This document shows positions 25,858-36,731 of a stretch of DNA of 64,000 nucleotides, one piece after another. Location: positions 22,630,001-22,694,000 of the forward strand of contig NC_047064.1 in NCBI RefSeq assembly GCF_902459465.1. Reading direction: 5' to 3'. The stretch comes from Asterias rubens (taxonomy: Eukaryota). Below the pieces are notes generated by a model. It was given only the letters and a program-made list of their open reading frames with translations, had not been told where the DNA came from and searched no databases. Each line of letters begins with the position of its first letter. Position 1 is the stretch's first letter. A program made the position numbers and the translations under genes.

Positions 25858-28800
25858 GTAAGAAAACTCGACTCAAATTGAGTCAATTGTTATGTGCATT
25901 TTGGGATTTATATAATTTATGTCAGTGCCTTGACCCGATTTAGGTCAGTATAGCATGGGGATGAGGAGTATTGAAAATTACAGAGAGCAGAAACGTCTGG
26001 ACTCTAATTGAGTCAGTTTTGTAAAGACTTTTAACAACATTTATTTAGTAGCCTACATTAAACCAGGCTCATATCATAGTTTACCTTGAAGTTTACTGAG
26101 TGGTTCTACTCTTTGGAAGTGTATTTAAACACGGAATTGACTTGAGTCCAATCAGTGTTGCATAAAGTGAAGTATTTTATGCAAATCTAAGTGATACCAG
26201 TGCGTATAAAGACCTTGACTCAAATCAAGTCAGCTGACATCGTTTTGGACTAAGATGAGACTCGACCGGAATAGAGTCAACCAGCCTGGTGATCTTACAC
26301 TGCAAGTTTGACAATACTTTGATGCCCGATGTCGGATGGTAGTGTAAACAGGATTGTAAATTCTAGAATTGTAAATGTACTCGCATTTTTGTCTGTCTGA
26401 TGAAATGGAAATATTGCACTTTGATACTTTTAGCGTTGAGGATACTGTTTCCAAAATGATGGAAATGTCATCAATTTTATACGCCTTGTTGTATCCAGCT
26501 AGTTAGCGATGTCGTTCAGCCAACTATAAAGTAAAATATGACAAGACTTGTGTCAGATTACAAAAAATTAACGTAAGCAATAAATTAATCAAGTTTATAT
26601 GCGACTGTTTCCTGCTTAGGTCTTATTTGAAAGGGACCTTGTGATAAACCGGTGTCGTGTATCACATGAAAGGATTGGATCCAATTTAATTGTTTTATGA
26701 ATACAGAGAACGTTTTGTTACCAACTTGCCACTCAACAATAACGAGTTATTTCTCTGTCTGTGTGTGTTTTAGTTTTGCTTATTTGCGTGTCTCAAAACG
26801 GTGTGGGTAATCAATTTCGGTAAACTAAATATGTAATAAACCGCAGGGTGAATTAAAAACGTTGTGTCCATTTCACTGGGTTTCCGCACAGACCGATAAT
26901 ATTAATAAAGCTCCATATTATTTACTTAAAGGAGCACGTTGCCTTGGATCGGACGAGTTGGTCTATGAAAAGCGTTTGAAACAGTTTGTTATGAAATGCA
27001 TATGGTTAGAAAGATGTTTTATAAGTAGAATATAATGATCCAGACAAGTATCACTCAAAATTGCACGGTTTTCATTTTACGTCGCGAACTGACATGGTCG
27101 GCCATTTATGGGAGTCAAAGTTCCATAAATGTCGACGAGGTTAAACGAAAACCACGCAATTTCGAGGCATATTTGTGTATATCATTGTATTCTACTTTTA
27201 CAACATCTTTCTAACCATATCGATGTTATAACGAACGGTTACAGGACGCTTTTCAAAGACCAACTCGACCGATCCAAGGCAGCGTGTTCCTTTAATGGTA
27301 TCTACCTTGTTGGGCTTTAATTTGAGCTCCCGGTATCACTGGTAAACAACAACCTCGTTCAACTGTTGTTTTTTTTAGATGAATGTTATTTTTTTTTTAA
27401 ACACGAATGGAGTTTTGAATGACGTTGCCGTCAAATCCCTTTAAAGTTGGCTGTTTGGAATTATTTATCTTTATCTCAAGAGTTGTACCAAAAACACATG
27501 GGGCTACAGTGTTTTGCAATGGCTTGAGTAGTTATTAGAAAAACATTGCATCTGATATACGCAAGTGGAACATATGGTCCGCCATTTTGTTGAATTAACA
27601 ATTTGGTTCATACAGACCATAGCAGACCGTGTTCTGGCATAAAATTACACAACAAACAAAACGCATAATTTCAATAAGTTTTTAGTTGAAGTATTTCCAA
27701 AATATATTGCAAGATTGTAATTCCTTAAAGGCAGTTGACACTATTGGTAATTACTCAAAATGACTGTAACATAAATCTTACTTGGTAACGAGTAATTGGG
27801 AACTGTTGATTTATAAAACATTGTGATAAAAGGCTCCCTCTGAGGTAACAAAGTTTTCGAGAAAGAAGTAATTTTCCTAAAATTTGATTTCGAGACCTCG
27901 GAATTAGATTTTAGCCAAAACTATTGACCCAATCCTAGGCATGTACCCTTTAATGGCATGTCATATTGATACACCATGTCTGGTTGTCGAATGACATGAT
28001 TGTTGACAATCTAATCCCAATCGTTTCGACATTTTGTTGCCGTTTTGGCGAAAATGAAAGAAAAAATAACCTATACAGGACAACCGTTAAAGTCAAATTG
28101 GATTTTATTTAAAATAAGACTAAATCAATTAATGGGCATTTGCATAGTTCGAAAAAGTAGGCCTGCAAGTATTGCAATGCCCTAGGCCTGCAAGTATTGC
28201 AATGCCCTAGGCTTGCAAGTATTGCAATGCCCTAGGCTTGCAAGTATTGCAATGCCCTAGGCTTGCAAGTATTGCAATGCCCTAGGCTTGCAAGTATAGC
28301 AATGCCCTAAAGTATTGCAATGCCCTAGGCTTGCAAATATTGCGATGCCCAAGGATTGCAAGTATTGCGATGCCCTAGGCTTGCAAGTATTGCAATGCCC
28401 TAGGCTTGCAAGTATTGCAATGCCCTAGGCTTGCAAGTATTGCAATGCCCTAGGCTTGCAAGTATTGCAATGCCCTAGGCTTGCAAGTATTACAATGCCC
28501 TAGGCTTGCAAGTATTGCAATGTCCTAAGCTTGCAAGAATTGCAATGCCCTAGGCTTGCAAGTATTGCAATGCCCTAGGCTTGCAAGTATTGCAATGCCC
28601 TAGGCTTGCAAGAATTGCAATGCCCTAGGCTTGCAAGTATTGCAATGCCCTAGGCTTGCAAGTATTGCAATGCCCTATAGGCTTGCAAGTATTGCAATAC
28701 CCTAGGCTTGCAAGTATTGCAATGCCCTAGGCTTGCAAGTATTGCAATGCTCTAGGCTTGCAAGTATTGCAATGCCCTAGGCTTGCAAGTATTGCGGTGC

Positions 28801-31800
28801 CCTAGGCTTGCAAATATTGCAATGTCCAAGCCTTGCAAATATTGCAATGCCCAAGGATTGCAAGTATTGCAATGCCCTAGGCTTGCAAGTATTACAATGC
28901 CCTAGGCTTACAAGTATTGCAATGTTCTAGGCTTGCAAGTATTGCGATGCCCTAGGCTTGCAAATATTGCGATGCCCTAGGCTTGCAAGTATTACAATGC
29001 CCTAGGCTTACAAGTATTGCAATGCCCTAGGCTTGCAAGTATTGCGATGCCCTAGGCTTGCAAATATTGCGATGCCCTAGGCTTGCAAGTATTGCAATGC
29101 CCTAGGCTTGCAAGTATTGCAATGCCCTAGGCTTGCAAGTATTGCGGTGCCCTAGGCTTGCAAGTATTGCAATGCCCTAGGCTTGCAAGTATTGCAGTGC
29201 CCTAGGCTTGCAAGTATTGCGGTGCCCTAGGCTTGCAAGTATTGCAATGCCCAAGGCTTGCAAGTATTGCAATGCCCTAGGCTTGCAAGTATTGCAATGC
29301 CCTAGGCTTGCAAGTATTGCAATGCCCTAGGCTTGCAAATATTGCAATGCCCAAGGATTGCAAGTATTGCAATGCCCTAGGCTTGCAAGTATTGCGATGC
29401 CCTAGGATTGCAAGTATTGCGACGCCCTAGGCTTGCAAGTATTGCAATGCCCTAGGCTTGCAATTATGGCGGTGCCCTAGGCTTGCAAATATTGCAATGC
29501 CCTAGGCTTGCAAGTATTGCAATGCCCTAGGCTTGCAAGTATTGCAATGCCCTAGGCTTGCAAGTATTGCAATGCCATAGGCTTGCAAGTATTGCGATGC
29601 CCTAGGGTTGCAAATATACAAACCTAGGGTTTATATATACAACCTGAAAGCTTTTCAAAGTGAGATGACGCATTATTTGCCGTCGGACCAAGCCTAACGT
29701 ACGTTAGAAGCAATCCCCTTTGTACTGTAAATGCACTGGGATCGTCGACTTAAGGCCGAGTTTAGTCGGTCGCGCGATGGTCGGGCGTCGGAAATCTTGA
29801 CGCGCGATCATAAAAAGACACGTTTTTTAGGCCTCAGTGTTAGGATTGCGCGCAAGATTTCCGACTATGACCGACTATAAACCGGCCTTTACACAAAAAC
29901 ACATAGGAACAAGGTTTACGTTAATTTTGCAGTGGCGTATAAACTAGGTATTTTCTTTGGTTGAAGTTTTCATTTGTGTGTGGTGGGCTTTTTGGTGTAT
30001 GGAATCATTATTACTTGATTTGTTGATTCCATTTGAGTGCAAGAGGGATGTGTTCTGAGTGACGGTGCTCTCGGCCCTTACCCCCATGGTTCAGTACCTT
30101 TTGAACTGCCACAAAGGAATTTAAATTTCCCCATTGTTTTTAGAAGTGCCCTATGGGTGGACCCACTAAATAAACCTCCCCAGAATACAGTGCAAAATGC
30201 TGAGGATTAAAAATACATGTAGGCCTACACGAAACTTATATAACTACAAGTGTTACAGCTTTTGGTATGAGGAGTTCCAGTGCCCATTGAGTTATTTTCC
30301 CTCCAAATAAAAAACATCCAATACACCGGTGTAATTTCCCAATCGTCCGAACTTCAATCTTGAAAAGTACCAATGAAAATGTATGCACCTCTATTTCGGC
30401 AAGTATGACCATTTATTTCAGGGTCTGTATGTACCATCCAAAAACACCACAACCCCAGGTCACAATTTGAATTAAAGTTTGTTCTAGATTACACTGTATC
30501 CCTTTTCTTGAGCTATCAATGTCCATAATTTAATATGTTGAAGACCTATTCCAAGTATTAATTAGTCTAACGCTCGGTCTTCTCCAATGGGGTGCTCCAC
30601 CACTGCCTTGTCTTTCCTATAATAAACGGTGGACCAGGTACGGAGCAACCCTTTAATGTCTCGCCATGCAGCGGGCCTTATTTCCTTTCAGTGATCTTCA
30701 CTTGACCTGGCTTCGATTCCACTGAAATGTTAGACATCTTACTCATCCAGCTCTTGCGACATGAAATTGCGAGAGGGAAATGGGTTATTGATTTTGGGGG
30801 CTTGGGGAAGATACCCGGCTTGGAGTAGCACGCGGAAATTATTCAATATACTACAGAGATTTCTTCTCCTAACATTGACATCATTTCGGCAGATGAGAAT
30901 TATTGTACATCCTCCAAAGGTGCTCTAGGCGCTGTAACAAAAAGAAGGGAAAAACAAATGGGAAATGAATCAAACTAAATGTTTAGATAAGAATAACAAT
31001 GCTTTTGACATGAGGTGTATAATAAAGACATGAGGTGTGTTTTAAGAGACTTTTTACTTCTTGAAAAAGATATTTATTTCCAGATCAAATACGGGACGGT
31101 TTATGTTGAGATTATCTATAGGATGTACGTTGGTGCTTGTATGCCCATGGAGTGCTTTGAAATCAATCAGCACCGCGCTCCCACCAGATTGTATACATAC
31201 ACATTGTGGGCAATCTGCCATTCAAACAAAGGCACAGTTTTTTTTTAGAGCTGCGCGCACAAAAATAGCTAAGAACAAACTGATACCATAAAGTTGTACA
31301 ATAATAACATTTATATTGTTTTCGTGTTTACAGGTAATGTTAAACCAAAACAAAGACACATCACTCATGCTACAAACAGACACCTTGTCGAGGAACAGCT
31401 ACGGAATATCACGGTAAGATTGAAGTGGGCACAAGTTCGTGTTACATGTAGCTCAAATAAGTTCAATAGCGAAATACCAATGGTTGTGGGTATAATGGTG
31501 TACCCTTTTATAGGTGGTTTTCTGTTCAGTTTTGCTAAGCTGATTCTCTCTGACTCTCTGACGTGCAGCTCTAATGAGAAGTCATGATCTCGATCGAGCT
31601 AATAGTTATTCAAGGTGTCTATTAAATCATTGTTGGTTATTTTTATTCTTAGAAGAAGATGTGTTTTAACATTATATTGTTAAGATATTATTGTGGGTCT
31701 TGTAGTTTTTGTTAGTCACACTGTTTTCATACTGATGTTTGATTCTTTTTCTGATGGTAGCGTCGACCGAATAATTACTCTATTGGTCATCTGGGATTGA

Positions 31801-32853
31801 CAACAGTCTGCTTGAATACCCGATGGGGTTTGGATGAGCAGTGCAAGCGTTAGGCATGCCTAATGCCTTAAAGAGAGACAGTTGTCATCGCTTTTAGTTG
31901 TTTCAACTAATACTTTTATTTTTATCTTGCAGCAGCATGTGGAACCGTTACGTCCATCTTCCATCGGTGCAGCAGACCAGGAAACGGTCACCCTAGACTT
32001 TACCACAACCAAGAAGAAGGAACAGGTGCAGAGAAAAGCAACTCTCCGTGAGGCGTGTAAACAGAAGATCAGCTCAGGAGTGGATGTCAGGAATAACCCA
32101 CCAGCTCGAATATATGTAGATGAGGAATATAAGGTTCTGTATTGTTCCGTGCCGAAAATCGCTTGCACGAGCTGGAAGAAAGTATTCCTAGTATTAATGA
32201 AAGCTTTTAAAACGACCGAAGAGATATCTCAGTATTACACCAACCGGGCTGGGAAGAAACAGTTGAAGGAGCTGAGAGATTTCTCGCCCTTCCAAATCGA
32301 CAGGATATTGAAAACCTATACCAAGTTCATGTTCGCGAGGCACCCGTTTTCGCGGGTGCTGTCGGCATTTAAGAACAAACTGGCACCAGACTCGTCTTTT
32401 GAGCGAGCGGTCCTTTGGCAGCGATCAGTGGGCAAGCGGATAATCGATAGGTATCGGGATAAGGATCATCTACCCCAGACTGCCGATAATTACGATCTGA
32501 CATTCAATGAGTTCATCAAATACCTTATCGATCCTGAAGCCAATGGTAACAATCTTCACTGGTCGGAGATCTACAAACAGTGCCTTCCCTGTGACATCGA
32601 CTATGACATCATCGGTAAATTTGAGACTTTACAGTCGGACTCCAAGTTTATTCTGAATCTAATTAACGCTGAGGGTGTTGTCTTTCCCGGATCAGACTCG
32701 AGCAGTCCTACGGGCAGTTCAAATCAGACCTACTTGGAACTGCATTTTAAGGACGTGCCGCTTGTGGACTTGCAAAAACTCTATGAGCGTTTCCGGTTAG
32801 ATTTTCAGTTGTTCGGGTACGACCCTCCAACACTTGCCTTTAAAGGCAGTTAG
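25725..32853 (+). CDS. CHST11-like: CHST-A joined gene model: carbohydrate sulfotransferase 11-like (Sulfotransfer_2 family), 3 coding exons, 377 aa
   Basis: Exons 133+80+921 nt join in frame (intron phases 1 and 0) with GT-AG sites. N-terminal signal anchor VIVMLVLCTALSVVFYL; 5'-PSB YCSVPKIACTSWKK; 3'-PB FARHPFSRVLSAFKNK; HW..Y..C.PCDIDYDIIGKFETL; C-terminal DFQLFGY. The exact vertebrate orthologue cannot be assigned. Confidence 0.9.
26930..27291. mobile_element. Full-length Kolobok-like palindromic MITE with TTAA target-site duplication (CHST-A intron)
   Basis: TTAA|aggagcacgttgccttggatcgg ... ccgatccaaggcagcgtgttcct|TTAA. AG...CT termini inside TTAA fit Kolobok rather than piggyBac. Confidence 0.88.
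27725..27910 (+). mobile_element. Left half of the ttaaaggcagtg Kolobok-like MITE
   Basis: ttaaaggcagttgacactattggtaattactc...gatttcgagacctc. Confidence 0.75.
28158..29616. repeat. Minisatellite, 25-bp unit, about 58 copies (CHST-A intron)
   Basis: (cctaggcttgcaagtattgcaatgc)n with scattered variants. Confidence 0.97.
29753..29888. mobile_element. Short MITE (aggccgagtttagtcggtc / gaccgactataaaccggcct)
   Basis: Imperfect terminal and internal inverted arms. Confidence 0.6.
31334..31413 (+). CDS. CHST11-like: CHST-A coding exon 2 (stem region)
   Basis: Acceptor gtttacag, donor ACG|GTAAG. The 80-nt exon converts phase 1 to phase 0 and encodes (G)NVKPKQRHITHATNRHLVEEQLRNIT. Confidence 0.8.
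31933..32853 (+). CDS. CHST11-like: CHST-A coding exon 3 (entire catalytic domain)
   Basis: Lies within ORF 31882..32853. Acceptor tttatcttgcag|CAG; both PAPS-binding motifs present; TAG stop at 32851-32853. Confidence 0.95.
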   Translation, partial: QHVEPLRPSSIGAADQETVTLDFTTTKKKEQVQRKATLREACKQKISSGVDVRNNPPARIYVDEEYKVLYCSVPKIACTSWKKVFLVLMKAFKTTEEISQYYTNRAGKKQLKELRDFSPFQIDRILKTYTKFMFARHPFSRVLSAFKNKLAPDSSFERAVLWQRSVGKRIIDRYRDKDHLPQTADNYDLTFNEFIKYLIDPEANGNNLHWSEIYKQCLPCDIDYDIIGKFETLQSDSKFILNLINAEGVVFPGSDSSSPTGSSNQTYLELHFKDVPLVDLQKLYERFRLDFQLFGYDPPTLAFKGS

Positions 32854-32862
32854 TATTAGGTA

Positions 32863-33016
32863 ATAGACCTTATCGCAAATACCAATGCGCAAGCGCAGAC
32901 TGTTGAATGAGGTGCATTGTGGGATAGATATGGATCAAATTTGGATACCAGCAAGACCACAATGCACCTAATTCCATGGTTTACGCGCACGCCCCAGTAT
33001 TTGCGAAAAGGTCTAT
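32863..33016. mobile_element. TA-flanked MITE 9 nt after the CHST-A stop codon
   Basis: atagaccttatcgcaaatac ... gtatttgcgaaaaggtctat. A partial copy lies at ~1520-1626. Confidence 0.8.
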
Positions 33017-33749
33017 GCTGATGGTGCCTTTTTTAAAGACAGCGCCCTCTATTGTAGTACATTGGCATTGATTCCCAGCATTAGCAGATAATAATATGAT
33101 TTAAACAAAAATAAGTTTACTATCTCATTCCACTTGAAGACCTAGAGTTATACTTTAATCAGGGCAGATCCATAGTTGTTGGAAAGAGAAGAGTGAACTA
33201 TGGGTGTTTGAACTAAAACCTGAAAACATCCAGACACGAGTCTGCCGCCCTCAAGTGCGCACGCAATTAGCACACGTTTGCCATACGTACAGTTTGACTC
33301 GTAATGTGACCGGCTGGGTTGGCAGCGGAAAGTCTCCTATTGCATTTGATCCAAGTTGGTCCGCAGTGGTAGTTACTGGCGTAGTTCCAGCCACTGTGTG
33401 CACTTTTTCAAGTTGGCATTCATAGCCCTTCCCATGAACTATGCTAATAATTGATGCAAGCATGCAGAAAACACTATTGTTGGGTAAACGCAGTGGAGAT
33501 GTGCGCTGGGCAGACCGTACGAACGTCTCCACTATCAGCCCCAAATAACGTGATGTTCCCGTGATTTGCTATTATAGTGGGTGCGCACGTATGTACAAAA
33601 TCATGGCAAGGGTTTTATAGAATAGGGAAGTAAGTCGTATTTTTTTATGAAGGAATTAATGTGATTTAACTCTTTGTATTGGTTTAAAATTTGTCTTTAT
33701 TCAGTTCATGTTTAAGTGGGATTTGAAACTTTGCATTGTGGAAATACGA

Positions 33750-33896
33750 TATGGAAAGGTTTGCGGTAACGCCATGTAATGACTATCTCTAATGAGTTTG
33801 GGTGGTTCAACTGAGTTGAAACCAACGGTTCTTTTCAGAACCACCCCAACTCATTAGAGACAGTCATTACATGTTGTTACTACAAACATTTCCATA
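33750..33896. mobile_element. Palindromic MITE-like element
   Basis: tatggaaa..catgtaatgactRtctctaatgagtt / aactcattagagacagtcattacatg..tttccata. Confidence 0.75.
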
Positions 33897-35663
33897 TTAT
33901 AAGTTCATGTTTGTTGTCGAAGCAAAACAAATTCCATTTGAACATCATTATGCAGTGTTGATATTAATATTTTTATATAATAAACAGCTATGCAAGTTAT
34001 GAATCCGAATAAACATAGTCATAGATAGAATCATCATTTTTGCAATATTAAAATATTGACAACAAAAAGCTTGTAACATTGAAAATTAATAACTTCCGAG
34101 GTCATTATGTCTTCCATTTATGACCAACAAGTTAAGATTAAAGCCTTCACTTTATAGAAGAAGTAGTTATTGGCATCAAATGTTTATTTTTCACTAAATT
34201 AAAACACTACATTTTCATGGAGCACATTTTGTATGCTTTTAGTCAGTAAAGTAGCATTGTAGTTCTGTGTATGCTTATAAACCTAATTCACGTAGGAGAT
34301 TTAAAAACACTAGTTTTTTTTAATACGTTGTGCTAAAAATGTTCCCCAAGTAAGAACAATAGACCATTATCATACTGTCACCATCTGTGTGATGTTTCCC
34401 GTTTCCACTAACATTAATTAATGCTAACATTCATTGCTTATGGCACCGGACTATTATTTCGTCCAGCCTCAGTTTGGTTACATTGAGTTGGAATGGAGTA
34501 AAATTAAGATGACTACACCGTGATAAAGGTCTATACTCGACACTTCTATGGCTGAACAGACTAACTCGACAATATTGTTTGAATTAATTTGAGTGTCAAG
34601 TTAGAGTGTTTTTTCCATTTCAAAGTTCAACGGCAACGGCCTTTGTATGGTTGTTAATGTTTTATCTCTTCCTCTTTTTAAATGTTCATCCCATTTATGG
34701 CAAACCAGCTCATCTTTTGTATTGATTAACATAGGGCAGGGGTCAGAACGGGGGAGATTGTGGATGCACCGTACCCGGGCTTCAAGTGTTTTTTTTTTGC
34801 ATCGCCAACCTTCACCCCAGACAAACGTAAGTAATTAATTCCGTCTGGGCTGTCCAAGCTTCAAACACAAACCATACATCCTTGCACAAACCGTCCAAAC
34901 GTTTGATTGACATTCCAGACAGTTTGATATACCGTGGAATTTAATAAAGCATTATTTCGGTTTGATTGTGCCTTATATAATGCAATGAGCTTGGTACTTT
35001 GGAACTATTAAACCCAAGTATTTTTAATGATAAAATGACATGTTTATTTTGTAAGAGTATTTGTGTCTCTATAATATTTGAATTAAGAGTCCACAGTCAT
35101 GCCTGGGGAATATCAACGAGCAAGTTGAGTCGCAATATAATATTATGCAATCAATAGTTCAATACTTAATTTAAAGTGTCATTGATATTATAGTTCACCA
35201 CGAAAATTAATAGCTGATATCCTCCTCGGTGTTTATTAATTATTTTAAATGCCTATCTTTATTTCGTGAAAAGAATCATACTTGAATCATACAGAGTGCC
35301 ATTTTATTCACCCAGCCTCGTTTTCGGCCAGTGCACATCACGACAAGTCCCGTTATAGTATTCCAAAATATTTTTTTATTTTTCTACTTAAGAGGCGCGC
35401 CCTCAATGTTTGGTGTTTGGTTGGGGTGGGGTGGGGTCCAGCCTCGCTGCCATGGGCAGCGCGCCGTATCGATACCTCTCGTCACTACGAGGTTGGGGTG
35501 GGGTCCCGCCGGTGGAGTTTGTTTGTTTCTGTTTATATCCTCCTGCGCGCGCAGTCAGTCGCGAATGCAAATAAACTCACCAGGGATAAAACAGAATTAC
35601 ATACAAACAGTCACAAAAACCTCACACGATCCGTCGCCCGCTAAAGGTACGTTTGCAGATTTA

Positions 35664-36058
35664 ATCTAAAGCCATCGGACACTTTCAGTAAACAGTGTTG
35701 TCCAAAGGCCCACACTTCGTGTATCACAACTTATACATAAAATAACAAACCTGTGAAAATTTAGGTTCAATCGGTCATCGGAGTCGGGAGAAATAACGGG
35801 AAAACCCGCCCTTGTTTCCGCACTGTTTCGCCGTGGCATGACATGTGTTTACTATAAATCCTATATAACACTATAAAATCCGTAATTCTCGTTGTCGAGA
35901 ATTGATAATTGTTTCAATGTTTTCTCAAAAAGAAAAGCATTTCATTGAATAATATTTCAAGGGAAGTCTTTCACCATTACCTTCTGTAAACCCTGTTAGT
36001 TAGAGCGTATTTGTAAATTTGTGAACTTTTATTTTTTTTTCTGTTCCGAAAGTGTATA
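35664..36058 (+). mobile_element. MITE of the aaagccat(c/t)ggacacttt family, immediately upstream of the SLC35B1 promoter
   Basis: Left end ctaaagccatcggacactttc; right end ttctgttccgaaagtgt. A matching isolated right end ...aaaatgtccaatggctttaa lies at ~43225-43284. Confidence 0.65.
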
Positions 36059-36059
36059 T

Positions 36060-36489
36060 CATCACTTCCATAGGAAGTTCCGGCGTGGCAGTTTCAAAAA
36101 TATTTAACAAAATCATGCTTCTGGACGGGGTGGGGGGGGGGGGTTATAACAGAGATTAAAGCAACGTTATCAAGCTCTGAGAAGTATTATAAGTTGACAA
36201 TTGTAGTGAGACGTTTCGAGAATACACAGGTTTTTCCTTCCGGGGAAAAGAATCTTTGCGAAACGCAGGACTTCATAAACATATTTGGCCGCTTGGTGGC
36301 GCACTCATTTTTAAAGTGTCTTCCGGTATTTAACGTGCTGCAATAAAGTAATGACACGTCATGTATTCATTGAGAAAATTGTGACCTTATTTTGATCCTT
36401 TTAAGACCACGTGTCCTGTCTAACAGTTGAATTAACCTTTACTCAAGAATTCAAAGTTCAATGTTTAGAGCAACACTTTCTACTACTAA
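36060..36489 (+). promoter_or_regulatory. SLC35B1 proximal promoter region
   Basis: ETS-like TTCCGG cores, AATGACACGTCAT (36350-36362) and GACCACGTGTC (36405-36415) lie directly upstream of exon 1. Confidence 0.45.
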
Positions 36490-36731
36490 ATGAGTAAATT
36501 GGACGTCGTAGTTCCAATTCGTGACAGCACAACTTCTTCTGATGTTGGTTATTATCGAACAGAGCTACAGAAAAACAGTCAACAAGTTGATCTTGCATTT
36601 TCTCCCTCGACGAGCCCCCAATCATCAGCCGGTATGTCAAATCATAAAGAAGGGTCCACTAGAACCCTTATCCTGTGCTTCGCTGGGATCTTCGTGTGCT
36701 ATTTTTACTACGGTATTCTACAGGAAAAGAT
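36490..36731 (+). CDS. SLC35B1: SLC35B1 exon 1 (start at 36490, or at in-frame ATG 36634)
   Basis: ...[22 protein letters not shown]; donor AT|GTGAGT, phase 2. The choice of start codon is uncertain. Confidence 0.85.
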
